Positions 7,184 to 16,761 of a stretch of 29,446 bases of DNA are shown here, piece by piece. The stretch is from an uncultured archaeon (GTDB lineage Archaea; Asgardarchaeota; Jordiarchaeia; Jordiarchaeales; Jordiarchaeaceae): contig CAZECW010000177.1 in assembly GCA_964510585.1 (NCBI GenBank), forward strand, positions 1-29,446. The letters are read 5' to 3'. Position 1 is the stretch's first letter; each line of letters starts with the position of its first letter. The translations under genes and the position numbers were made by a program. The notes under the pieces were generated by a model. It searched no databases. It saw nothing but the letters and a program-made list of their open reading frames with translations, and had not been told where the DNA came from.

Positions 7184-8375
7184 TGAGAAAGTTTTAGAGA
7201 AGTATAAGAATTTGGTTCGCGGCGTCGATGAGAATATGATAAATCTTCACCCTATTCAGTCTGGGGGTAGGGCTGGTGATTACCCAGGGGTTGTTCAGGC
7301 TGTTTTGAGGTTTGTTGATGGCTATAGTGTATGTGATTTTTGTATGAAGGGTAGATTGGACCTCATTGAGTCCCCTCCACTCTGCGATTTCCATAGGGAT
7401 ATTGCTGCCTTTTTAGACATGGATGTTGCAAGGCTTTTTCCGGGTTGCCGCCAAGCTCAGTATGCTGCGTTCCATGCTTTAGTTAAACCTGAGGATACTA
7501 TTATTATTGATTCTTTGGCGCATTATAGTACGTATCTGAGTGCTGAGCGGGTGGGGGCTAGAATTGTTGAGGTACCGCACTCGGGGTATCCTGACTTTGA
7601 CCTACTTCTTGATTCTTATGCTGATAAGATTGAGGAGGTGAAACGGGACTCTGGTAAATGGCCAGCTTTGGCCTTTTTAACCCATGTTGATTATAACTAT
7701 GGCAATGTTTTTGATGCAAAGAGTGTGGGCAAAATTTTGCATGATTATGGCATCCCTTTTGTGTTAAATGGTGCGTACACTGTTGGGCGGATGCCAATAT
7801 CTGGAAAAGATTTGGGTGCTGATATTTTGACTGCTTCACTACACAAATCTTTTGCATCTCCAGCACCCTCAGGGCTCCTGTTAGCTAACGTGGATTATGC
7901 AGACGTTATCTTCAAAAATTCTTCAATTAGGGGTCCTTGGAGTGGTAGAAGCTTTGAGAATAAAGAGGTTGAGACTCTAGGCTGCACTCTTCCTGGCTGT
8001 GTAGCCATTGGGGTTATGGCTGCTTTTCCATACGTTGCTGAACGTGTTAAACATTGGGATGAAGAAGTTAAAAAAGCAAGATACTTCATAGAACAATTAG
8101 AAAGGATTGCTGGCATTAAACAGCTGGGGCAACGCCCACACAACCATGACTTGGTACATTTTGAAAGCGAATCATTTTTTGAGATAGCCCAGAAACACCC
8201 TCGGAAAGGATTCTTTCTTTATGAAGAATTAAGGGAAAGAGGAGTCACCGGAATTCAACCCGGCTTATCAAAATTCTTCAAAGTTTCAACATATGGGAAA
8301 ACATGGAACCAGATTAAACTAGCAGCTGAGGCATTCCTAGATATCGCCCAAAAATACAACATCCCAATACATTAA
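7176..8375 (+). CDS. pscS: O-phospho-L-seryl-tRNA:Cys-tRNA synthase (SepCysS)
   Basis: INLHPIQSGG, DGYSVCDFC, DSLAHYST, THVDYNYGN, LNGAYTVGRMP, PLP-lysine SLHKS, and LGCT persulfide cysteine. The start is moved to ATG 7176 (RBS GGGTGA, overlap with the upstream stop). Confidence 0.96.
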   Translation: MFDEKVLEKYKNLVRGVDENMINLHPIQSGGRAGDYPGVVQAVLRFVDGYSVCDFCMKGRLDLIESPPLCDFHRDIAAFLDMDVARLFPGCRQAQYAAFHALVKPEDTIIIDSLAHYSTYLSAERVGARIVEVPHSGYPDFDLLLDSYADKIEEVKRDSGKWPALAFLTHVDYNYGNVFDAKSVGKILHDYGIPFVLNGAYTVGRMPISGKDLGADILTASLHKSFASPAPSGLLLANVDYADVIFKNSSIRGPWSGRSFENKEVETLGCTLPGCVAIGVMAAFPYVAERVKHWDEEVKKARYFIEQLERIAGIKQLGQRPHNHDLVHFESESFFEIAQKHPRKGFFLYEELRERGVTGIQPGLSKFFKVSTYGKTWNQIKLAAEAFLDIAQKYNIPIH

Positions 8376-8587
8376 AAATAGGGAATAATGAGCAGTATAA
8401 TCCTTGTTTCGCAGGTGCAGAACCATTTTAATGATTGTGTTCCCACTAATTGATACAAATTTGTAAAGGTTTTTTCTCCACTTGCCTATTCCCTAAAAAA
8501 TCGTGGACAAAATAGGGCAGCAATGTAATCCTACATCTGAAGGATGCTTATAACCAAAAAGTATTGTAGAGTAGTTCTTCTTTAGGT

Positions 8588-9001
8588 TTAAATCTTGTAC
8601 TTTTCTCGGTATAGTGATAGGAGGTTTTGGATTTCGTTATTTTGTTGGACGCTGTCTTTTAGAATGTCTAATACCTTATTTATGTTTACTCCGCCTATTT
8701 TTTGTTTGATTTTTAGGTTTGATTTGAGATCTAGGGGTGATAATTTTCCTTGTAAGAAATCCAAATAAGATTTAAGGGGGGCTACATATTCTGCTTGGTA
8801 GTCGGGTATTTTGTCGGGGGTTACGGAAATTTTTCCGTTTCCCAGAACTAGTGTGAATGCCATTTCTCCCTCTGGTTCTGGAACTGCCGTGATTCTCTCG
8901 TAAATCTTGATTTTGGGTATGACTTGCAGAAACTCTTGACTCTTTTCTTCGCAGGGTATGGCTTTCTCAAATATGTGTTTGAATATGTTAAGTAGATCCA
9001 T
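8588..9001 (-). CDS. Hypothetical protein, possible SCP2 sterol/lipid-binding fold
   Basis: FTLVLGNGKISV...AEYVAPLKSYLDFLQGKLSP...NLKIK resembles the SCP2 pattern (xxFxxlxxGKLxP..GKLKI). The codon style is gene-like. Confidence 0.45.
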   Translation of the reverse strand: MDLLNIFKHIFEKAIPCEEKSQEFLQVIPKIKIYERITAVPEPEGEMAFTLVLGNGKISVTPDKIPDYQAEYVAPLKSYLDFLQGKLSPLDLKSNLKIKQKIGGVNINKVLDILKDSVQQNNEIQNLLSLYREKYKI

Positions 9002-9141
9002 GACTGTTCCCCTTTTTGATTTCTTGTTTAGAAGAAATTGTGCAATTTGGTATTTAAAGTTGTTCTTTAGGAATTATTAACTATATTAAAAACATGTTTT
9101 TTACTATTAATAATATTTTTAATAAAAATTGGGTTATATTT

Positions 9142-10419
9142 TTAATTTGTTTTTTCAATTACCTTTCTTGCTATTTCTAAGAATTCACTCTTGAAGATAC
9201 CCCTCTGAAGCGTCCTCATTTTCTCCTTTACATCCATGAAACGGGCTCGGATAATCTCCTTACTCTGCTCCTCCTGTTTCTTCTTTAACTCGTAGACTAT
9301 CTCTCTTATCTGCTCATCGGTGGCTTCTATACCCTCACCCTGAAGCAAGTACTTTACAACGTGTCTACCTGATTTTTTGCCCAAGAATAGCTCAGTCTGG
9401 CGTCCTATAAGTTCCGGAGGAAATGGTTCATAGGTGCTTTTATTCCTCAGAAGAGCATAAACGTGAATTCCACTCTCATGCCTGAAGCTGTTATCTCCAA
9501 CAAGAGGCTTATGTACTGAAAGGGGAATTCCAAAAGTTCTCTCAAAGGTTTGTGAAACCTCATAGATTCGGTCCAACTTTATGCCAGTATCGACCTTATA
9601 CAATAATTCTAGCGATACAACAACTTCCTCAAAGGAGGCATTCCCACCCCGCTCCCCATATCCATTTACGCAGGTGTGAGGGTAAATGACGCCTTCTTCC
9701 ACTCCTGCAAGAGTGTTCGCTGTTGCCAATCCGAAATCATTATGACAGTGAACAGAGAGGGGAATGCTCCTATTAAATCTGGAGTTTAGTTCATCTCTTA
9801 CTCTACCAACAAGATATTTCATAGATGTGGGGCGCATTACACCTAAAGTGTCGGCTAACGCAATTTTGTCGGCTCCCGCATCTATGGCAGCCAAACAAAA
9901 TTTCATTAGTTCATCAAAATAGGCTCGCGTAGCGTCCTCAGCTACAAAGTCCACAATCACACCATGATCTCTGGCATAATTTATGGCGTCAACCAACATA
10001 TCAGTGGCTTCTTCCACGGTTTTTCTTAACGAATACTTAAGTAGAATTCTACTAGTGGACATGAAAATGGGGATTTCTTCAACATCGCAGTCCAGACATG
10101 CATCTATGTCGGCTCTTCTTGGTCTAGCGGTGGCAGCAACCTTTGTGTTAACAAGATTTTCACGTGAAAGAGCTTTAACAACCATTTTCTCAGATTCAGA
10201 AACCGCAGGATAACTTGGAACAATAACCTTAACTCCAATCTCATCTAATACCTTTGACAGATAGACCTTCTCGTCCACTGTCAGAAAAGTACCTGGCGTT
10301 TGCTCACCGTCCCGCAAAGTTTCGTCCCAGATGAAAACTTTTTTAGGCAAGTGTTTAGGCAGAGTTTCCGGCATCCTGTTATAATCCATTATCTGGTCTT
10401 CCACTGATTCCAAAACCAT
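9142..10419 (-). CDS. Homocitrate/isopropylmalate/citramalate synthase family (DRE-TIM), short form without the LeuA regulatory domain
   Basis: DETLRDGEQTPG, LADTLG, HCHNDFGLATANTL, NGYGERGGNA, HESGIH, LGKKSGRH. Confidence 0.9.
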   Translation of the reverse strand: MVLESVEDQIMDYNRMPETLPKHLPKKVFIWDETLRDGEQTPGTFLTVDEKVYLSKVLDEIGVKVIVPSYPAVSESEKMVVKALSRENLVNTKVAATARPRRADIDACLDCDVEEIPIFMSTSRILLKYSLRKTVEEATDMLVDAINYARDHGVIVDFVAEDATRAYFDELMKFCLAAIDAGADKIALADTLGVMRPTSMKYLVGRVRDELNSRFNRSIPLSVHCHNDFGLATANTLAGVEEGVIYPHTCVNGYGERGGNASFEEVVVSLELLYKVDTGIKLDRIYEVSQTFERTFGIPLSVHKPLVGDNSFRHESGIHVYALLRNKSTYEPFPPELIGRQTELFLGKKSGRHVVKYLLQGEGIEATDEQIREIVYELKKKQEEQSKEIIRARFMDVKEKMRTLQRGIFKSEFLEIARKVIEKTN

Positions 10420-10559
10420 CTTTTAAAAACCACCAAGAATTTTTGGTACAGTGAAACAGAGTAACAAAAGTTTAAAAAGGTTATATTAACTATGCGCAGG
10501 GCTGCAGCGTTTCTTGAATGCAGGACTTCTAAAAGCTCGCTCTAAATGTATTTCAATGT

Positions 10560-11294
10560 TTAGTTGATAGTTTTCTTTAGGTCTTCCCATAGTTTTGGTA
10601 GGATTTCTGCTGCCTTTCCCTGAATGGAAAGAGTCACATATGGTGTTAAGACGGTGGGTTCCCTGTTCACTTCTATCACTATTGCGCCTCCTTCTCTAGC
10701 TAATAGTGGGAGGTCTCGCGCCGGTGAAACTACCCCCGATGTCCCTATGACTAGGAAAAGCTCTGCTCTCTGGCTTAGATCTAGGGCGGCTTCTAATATT
10801 TTTTGTTCTAGGGGTTCCCCAAATTGGACTACATGTGGGCGGAGGGCTTCTCCACAACTATGGATTGGAGGTATAGTTTCGAGGGGTGTTTTTGGCAGGT
10901 CAACTATTTCGCCATCCCTGGGGCACCTTCCCTTCCACATGTTGCCATGAAGTTCTAGTACTTTTCTGCTTCCTGCACGGTGGTGCAGACCATCAACGTT
11001 TTGAGTTATAAGATAGAAATTGTCGAAGAAATCCTCCATTTCTGCAAGTGTGAGGTGAGCCGCGTTTGGTTCACAGCGGCTAACGAGTCCTCTCCTCCAT
11101 TCATAAAACTCCCAAGTTTCCCTCGTATTCCATGGGGGACCGGACTTTCGGGCAAGATTCCTAGCTGTCTCATTTTCCCACATTGAACCTCTGCCTCTGA
11201 AAATAGGCACTCCGCTCTCAGCGGATACTCCTGCCCCGGTAAGGGCTACAATCGAAGATTTTCTATTCAAATTTAGTTTGCCAATAAGGTTCAT
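10560..11294 (-). CDS. cobB: Sir2-family NAD-dependent protein deacylase (class III, CobB-like)
   Basis: TGAGVSAESGVPIFRG, YEWR (YxxR acyl pocket), TQNVDGLH, ELHG, RPHVVQFGE, GTSGVV, EVN. Confidence 0.93.
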   Translation of the reverse strand: MNLIGKLNLNRKSSIVALTGAGVSAESGVPIFRGRGSMWENETARNLARKSGPPWNTRETWEFYEWRRGLVSRCEPNAAHLTLAEMEDFFDNFYLITQNVDGLHHRAGSRKVLELHGNMWKGRCPRDGEIVDLPKTPLETIPPIHSCGEALRPHVVQFGEPLEQKILEAALDLSQRAELFLVIGTSGVVSPARDLPLLAREGGAIVIEVNREPTVLTPYVTLSIQGKAAEILPKLWEDLKKTIN

Positions 11295-11515
11295 CTATTC
11301 TCCATCCCCAGGGAAATATAAGAATTAAAAGTAACTCATCATTTTAATTTCAATTATAAACTGGGAGGAAATGTACATAAACCGATTCGTACCGTTAAGC
11401 CTATGAACGTCTAAACATTTATAAGTTTTAAAAAGTTTTTTCCATAAGTATTTGAGTGTTTGTTATATGTGACTTGAATTCTCAGAGTTGTAAACTTATT
11501 TGGAGTTGATTGTTT

Positions 11516-12559
11516 ATGAGGGCTGCATTGTTTCAAGGGCCTAAGGCTAAACCTATGTTTACTGTTGGAGAGGTGGAAAATCCTAAGCCTAAGGCCAACG
11601 AAGTGGTGGTTGAAGTTGAGGCCTCAGCTTTGTGTGGGACAGATCTTCATATTCTGGATGGGACGCTTCTTGGCAAGGCGTATAAGCAACCGCCATTAAT
11701 TGTGGGTCATGAGTGGGCGGGTACAGTTGTTGAGGTTGGCAGTTTAGCTGAAAAATTTGAAGTGGGTGACAGGGTTTTCAGCTCGCCAAACTTTTCCTGT
11801 GGTGTTTGCACCTTCTGTCTGAGGGGACGACCCAATCTATGTGATAAGAGGGGGGTTTTCGGGTTGAATGCCCCAGGAAGCAATGCGGAGTACATTGCAG
11901 CACCGCAAGAATCCCTTTATCATCTTCCAGAGGGAATAAGCTTCAGAGTGGGTTCCCTGATGGGTGACACTCTTGGAACCGCTTATCACGCGGTTAGACG
12001 GGCGCAAATACAGCCGGGGGATGTGGTAGCACTTTGGGGTTTGGGACCTGTAGGTATGACAATAGCCCAAATGGCTAAGATTGCGGGAGCTGCAAAATTG
12101 ATAGTTGTAGATGTGGTTCCTTCGAGACTTGAAGAGATTAGTAAGTTGGGCGTTGCCGATCACATAATTAATGGTAAAGAAAAGGATGCGGTAAAGGAAA
12201 TAAAAGATTTGACTGGTGGAGTGGGTGCGGACATCACAGTTGAGGTGACTGGTGTAGATTTGGCTCTAGGTCAAGCCTTTGAAGCTCTGCGTAAGGGAGG
12301 AAAACTTTTACTTGTAGGGACACACTCTAAGAAATATGAGCTTTGGTCTCTTGCGGTAATGTATAGGGAAATTTCCATTATTGGAACATTTGCCCACATT
12401 CCTACAGAGGCTGAGTATTTCGTAAATCTTGTGGAGTCAGGAAGAATCAAGTTGGAGCCACTAATCACCCACGAATTCGGATTAGATGAGGTAAACACCG
12501 CCTTTGAGCTTTTCATGGCAAGAAAAACTAATAAAGTAATTCTCTATCCCAAAAAGTAA
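11516..12559 (+). CDS. Zinc-dependent MDR alcohol dehydrogenase (threonine/sorbitol dehydrogenase-like)
   Basis: CGTDLH, GHEWAG, structural CGVCTFC-x7-C, GLGPVG, and VDV Asp typical of NAD use. The start is set at ATG 11516 after GGAG. Confidence 0.92.
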   Translation: MRAALFQGPKAKPMFTVGEVENPKPKANEVVVEVEASALCGTDLHILDGTLLGKAYKQPPLIVGHEWAGTVVEVGSLAEKFEVGDRVFSSPNFSCGVCTFCLRGRPNLCDKRGVFGLNAPGSNAEYIAAPQESLYHLPEGISFRVGSLMGDTLGTAYHAVRRAQIQPGDVVALWGLGPVGMTIAQMAKIAGAAKLIVVDVVPSRLEEISKLGVADHIINGKEKDAVKEIKDLTGGVGADITVEVTGVDLALGQAFEALRKGGKLLLVGTHSKKYELWSLAVMYREISIIGTFAHIPTEAEYFVNLVESGRIKLEPLITHEFGLDEVNTAFELFMARKTNKVILYPKK

Positions 12560-12656
12560 GCCGACAGGAATTCACATATTTTGAATTGGGCTACCGCGCG
12601 TCACAACTTCAATTCCTTAGTTTCAATGTTCATGTGGCAAGGTGTTTTAAAGAAGC

Positions 12657-13175
12657 TCAATCTTTTGAACGTCGGTTTAAAATAGTTAATCCTAGGAAAC
12701 CAGATGATGTGCCTAAAGCTAATAGGACTAGGATACCTGCCCAGTCAAACGTGTATCCTATTCTTATAGCCTCATTCTGCAAGAATAGACTGAAAATTGA
12801 AACGCTCAGCCCTATTAGTGGGCAGTCTGGTAGCCATTTTTTTTCGCCACACCATGAGAAATATATTAACGCCGCAACAGTCCCAGAGACGATAGTAGTA
12901 GCTACTGCGTAAACCAAATCGAAATTATGATAATAGCCATAGAGTATGACCTGTGAATAATCAATCCCCGCAATTCTTGAAATTATGTAAGGCCTCAAGC
13001 CTGAAAGCACAGCTAACAAAAAAAGGCTAAAGCCAGCAGACGCAAAAATGAAGGTTAAACCTCTTTTAGGCGAATAATCCTCCTCGAATTCGAAAGTTTC
13101 TTCCTTTGAAGTATCGTCTTCAGAATCGGAACTCTTCTTATTTGCAATCCCACGATTTTTTTCCTTCACAATCAT
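12657..13175 (-). CDS. Hypothetical membrane protein with acidic N-terminal tail and about 4 TM segments
   Basis: 172-aa ORF with SSDSEDDTSKEETFEFEEDY followed by four hydrophobic stretches. It is convergent with ADH and does not overlap it. Confidence 0.65.
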   Translation of the reverse strand: MIVKEKNRGIANKKSSDSEDDTSKEETFEFEEDYSPKRGLTFIFASAGFSLFLLAVLSGLRPYIISRIAGIDYSQVILYGYYHNFDLVYAVATTIVSGTVAALIYFSWCGEKKWLPDCPLIGLSVSIFSLFLQNEAIRIGYTFDWAGILVLLALGTSSGFLGLTILNRRSKD

Positions 13176-13765
13176 CCATCCAGTAGATCATGAGCTAGCT
13201 GAGATTCAGTGTTTAAATAATTTTAAAAAGTTTATCTAAACATACAAGCTCCCGACTTCCAGTTTTTAACTAATATAAAAGTTTTTTTGAAGGTTATATC
13301 TATAGTCTGCCTTTTTATGCCTCCATCTGTGAGTAGGGTCTTCTTTGCAACCACAATTGACTAGAAACCCTCACCAAAAACTAGCGAAAACACGCGATTA
13401 GAAACAGGAGCCACAAGGTTCAACCAATTAAGGGATAGAAGAAACAAAGATACCAACCACAGCAAGCACATCTCCAAAACTGAAAAATCGGCTTCGCCTC
13501 TCCTTTGAACTTAAATTAAGTATTAAAAATTATTTTTTAGGGGGATTAAAATATAACAGACACCATATAACCACTCGAAGGGCTTACATCTTGCGAGTCG
13601 GGTGATAACACGTGTATTGGTAGTTTTAGGACTGTTCAATCAACTAGTGTTTAGTCGCTTTCCCCAAAATTTAGTTGAAGGTGTAGTTAAGAGTTTTTGT
13701 CGTCTCTAGCAAGTCGGGTGAACAGTAGGCTTCACTGTTGTTTCTTGTTGATGGCGAGGAGTGGC

Positions 13766-14041
13766 TTAAGTTTCTCCTTCTTCCGCGTAGTATTCTAGTG
13801 CTTGTCTCTTTAGTTCCTCTCGTTCGTCTTCGTCTATTTCGTATTTTTTTGCTTCTCCACCTTCGACCACTATTGTCTTGTCTTTTGGTGTGTGGGGTAT
13901 TTTGACCACTAGGCGATATTTTTTAGTGTCTGCTGCGTCTGTTTTGTAGCCACATTTTCTGCATATGAGCGTGCTTTTTCCTTCTTCCTTTTTGGGCATT
14001 AGTAATGTTCCATCATTGGGACAAAATGACACTTTTTCCAC
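13766..14041 (-). CDS. RpoM/TFS-like protein with only the N-terminal zinc ribbon and an acidic tail
   Basis: FCPNDGTLLMP...LICRKCGY is the TFS/Rpb9/A12/C11 N-ribbon. There is no C-terminal CxxC...QxRSADE ribbon. Confidence 0.8.
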   Translation of the reverse strand: MEKVSFCPNDGTLLMPKKEEGKSTLICRKCGYKTDAADTKKYRLVVKIPHTPKDKTIVVEGGEAKKYEIDEDEREELKRQALEYYAEEGET

Positions 14042-14591
14042 CTTTCTTGCGTTGTTGCTACTTTTTTACGTTCATTTTAAATGTCCGTTTAATTACCACA
14101 CTTACTTATTTATACGTTTTTCTAATGCACTAAAATGTGTAAAACTATTTTTCAAGCCTAAAATTTTTACATATTTATATAAAAAAGGCATAAAGGAGTA
14201 ACATTATATATAAAAATAAGGATATATAATTAACTATTTTTGAAATATTAATTAACGCAGTAAACCTTAGTTTTGAAAAAAGGCAATATTAAGCTCTCTT
14301 TTTGGACATCACTAACCAGAATTTCAGCAAGGGGATACCCTCCTTTTAACCATTCTTTAACCTATTCTTAGTTTTTCAGAATTAACAAATGGGTAACCAT
14401 TTTTCCTTAAATTCACTCTGTTCATCTGAATAGTTTTTAGCAAAATTAATATACCAATCTCATTCCTTCTAAAAATGTCAATCATTCTTATATGTAAAAA
14501 TCCCCTCCAAGGTTTTCGTATATGGGTATAAGTGTTATTATGATTGAATGAATTTTAGTGAGTTGTGTTAATGTATCTGGAAGTATTGGTG

Positions 14592-15203
14592 ATGATTAAG
14601 GGAATTGTTTTTGATTTAGATGGAGTTCTAGTAGGTTTGAACTTGGATATGAATGTTTTACAGGAAAGGCTAAAGGAAGTGTTTGAGGCGAGAGTTGAGG
14701 CTCAAAAAATTTTTGGTACCTGTGAAAAATTGGTTGTGGAGGATTATGAACGTTACAAAAGGGCTATGGATGCTCTGGACAAGGTGGAATTGGAGGCTAT
14801 AGATAAGACTATGGTGATTTTCCCAGAATCGAGGAAGGTTCTTGAGAGTTTAAGGGGGAAATATGACCTTGTGCTTGTTACTCTACAGGGAAGGGTTCCA
14901 GCTTATAAGGTGTTGGATATACTGGGTGTAAGGGATTTCTTTAAGGCTATTTATACAAGGGAGGATTCCTTTTCTCGTCAGGAGCAGATAAAGCTCGCTG
15001 TAGACTTTCTAGATTTTCGGTGTGATGAGGTTTTAGTCATTGGGGACAGGAGGAATGATGTTTATTGCGCTGAAAAGGTGGGATGCAATGCTTTGATAAT
15101 CAAGAGGCCCTACAAGGAGATAAAGGGAATGAGGGTTATAAGTTCACTTGAAGAGATTCCCAGACAAATCGAAAACATCAATAGAGAGAAGGTAGTAAAG
15201 TAG
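14592..15203 (+). CDS. HAD-superfamily hydrolase (phosphoglycolate phosphatase-like)
   Basis: FDLDGVL motif I, VTLQG motif II, IGDRRND motif IV. The start is moved to ATG 14592 (MIKGIVFDLD). Confidence 0.88.
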   Translation: MIKGIVFDLDGVLVGLNLDMNVLQERLKEVFEARVEAQKIFGTCEKLVVEDYERYKRAMDALDKVELEAIDKTMVIFPESRKVLESLRGKYDLVLVTLQGRVPAYKVLDILGVRDFFKAIYTREDSFSRQEQIKLAVDFLDFRCDEVLVIGDRRNDVYCAEKVGCNALIIKRPYKEIKGMRVISSLEEIPRQIENINREKVVK

Positions 15204-15244
15204 GATTTCTGAAGCCTTGTAGAGTTCGGCAAAGAGATAGGTTT

Positions 15245-15946
15245 TTACTGCTTTTTTGTGGTTTTTTCTTTATGGCGGAGTTCTAGTTCTGTAAATATTT
15301 TATCTATGTTAATATTTTTGTATGCGAGTAGAATCATTATGTGGAAGAGTAGGTCTGTAGCTTCATGTATCTCTTCTTTTTCGTTATCGTTTTTTGCGGC
15401 TTCTATGAGTTCGCTGGATTCTTCGCTTATTTTGTTAAGTATTTTTGCTTCGCCCTCCTGTACTATTTTTGCAACGTAGGAGTTGGCTGCGGGTTTTTCT
15501 ATTCGTTGTTTTATTATGTTGAAAACCTTTTCCAGTATCTTTGACTTTCCATATACTTCTTCGGGTTCAAAGATTTTTTCTTCCGAAATCTTTTCGCTTC
15601 CAATTTTATTGTGAAAGCATGAAAAGTAGCCTTCGTGGCAGCATGCCTTAATCTGTTCAACTTTGAAGAGAAGGGCGTCACCATCACAATCATAATAGGC
15701 TTCCTTGACTATTTGGTAGTGTTTTGATTCTTCTCCTTTCATCCATATTCTATTTTTTGTTCGGCTGAAATAGTGCATGTATCCTGTGGATAGAGTTTTC
15801 ATCAGGGCTTCCTTGTTCATAAAGCCCATCATAAGTACAGTGTTGGTTTTTATATCTTGGGCTATTGCGGGAACTATGCCATTCATCTTACTAAAATCAA
15901 GTTTGGATAATAGGGTGTCTGTGTTCTCTAAATTGAATAGAACCAA
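15245..15946 (-). CDS. hisIE: Bifunctional phosphoribosyl-AMP cyclohydrolase / phosphoribosyl-ATP pyrophosphatase
   Basis: [30 protein letters not shown] and CHEGYFSCF (HisI), then [13 protein letters not shown] and HEATDLLFH (HisE). Confidence 0.95.
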   Translation of the reverse strand: MVLFNLENTDTLLSKLDFSKMNGIVPAIAQDIKTNTVLMMGFMNKEALMKTLSTGYMHYFSRTKNRIWMKGEESKHYQIVKEAYYDCDGDALLFKVEQIKACCHEGYFSCFHNKIGSEKISEEKIFEPEEVYGKSKILEKVFNIIKQRIEKPAANSYVAKIVQEGEAKILNKISEESSELIEAAKNDNEKEEIHEATDLLFHIMILLAYKNINIDKIFTELELRHKEKTTKKQ

Positions 15947-15956
15947 CTTTTTCTCC

Positions 15957-16757
15957 TCACAATCTTACCAGTACATTTCTTTTTGCAAGGTATTTTTTCA
16001 CTTCTTCTATGGAGTAGATTCCATAGTGAAAAATGGAGGCGGCCAGAGCCGCATCAGCTTTCCCCTCGGTTAGAACATCGTAAATGTGTTCTAGAGTGCC
16101 AGCTCCTCCAGACGCTATTACTGGTATATTTACCCTTTCACATACTGTTCTTGTAAGAATCACATCGTATCCCTTTTTTGTACCGTCGCAGTCCATACTT
16201 GTAAGAAGAATCTCTCCAGCACCTTTCTTCTCCACTTGCATCGCCCACTTGACAGCGTCTATCCCAGTCGGTCTTCGGCCCCCATAAGTGTACACCTCCC
16301 ACCAACACCTCCCCTCTGGTGTTTCCACCACAATTTTATCAGGTGCCTCCTCATAAACTCTTTTCGCATCTATGGCACAGACAATACACTGACTGCCAAA
16401 CTTCTGGGCGGCCATACGTATTAGTTCTGGTTTCTCCACCGCCGAGGTATTTATAGCTACTTTGTCTGCCCCGGCACAGAGTATTCGACGGATATCTTCT
16501 ATGCTTCTTATTCCGCCGCCTACTGTAAAGGGTATAAAAACTCTGTCCGCCGTCCTCTTAACCACATCTATCAAAATTTCACGTTTATCGCTTGACGCCG
16601 TCACATCCAAGAATACAAGTTCGTCGGCCCCCTGCCTACTGTACAATTCACCCAACTCAGGAGGATCTCCTGCATCCCTCAAATTTTTGAATTTTACACC
16701 CTTAACTACTCTGCCTCCAGTCATATCTAAGCAGGGAATTATTCTTTTTGCAAGCAT
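15957..16757 (-). CDS. hisF: Imidazole glycerol phosphate synthase cyclase subunit
   Basis: [63 protein letters not shown]. Confidence 0.98.
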   Translation of the reverse strand: MLAKRIIPCLDMTGGRVVKGVKFKNLRDAGDPPELGELYSRQGADELVFLDVTASSDKREILIDVVKRTADRVFIPFTVGGGIRSIEDIRRILCAGADKVAINTSAVEKPELIRMAAQKFGSQCIVCAIDAKRVYEEAPDKIVVETPEGRCWWEVYTYGGRRPTGIDAVKWAMQVEKKGAGEILLTSMDCDGTKKGYDVILTRTVCERVNIPVIASGGAGTLEHIYDVLTEGKADAALAASIFHYGIYSIEEVKKYLAKRNVLVRL

Positions 16758-16761
16758 TTTT

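Noticed and set aside
8379-8495. 9-bp inverted repeat TAGGGAATA/TATTCCCTA downstream of pscS
   Set aside because: Short, with no target duplication and no second copy in the window.
13596-13721. Direct repeat AGTCGGGTGA twice, 116 bp apart
   Set aside because: Several such 10-mer pairs are expected by chance in 29 kb. Two copies do not make a CRISPR array.
14042-14590. Long AT-rich intergenic region as a replication origin
   Set aside because: No ORB repeats and no cdc6/orc1 nearby. It is explained as a divergent promoter region.
14592-15203. This HAD as the histidinol-phosphate phosphatase
   Set aside because: It is on the opposite strand to the his cluster. The HAD coupled between hisC and hisB is the better candidate.
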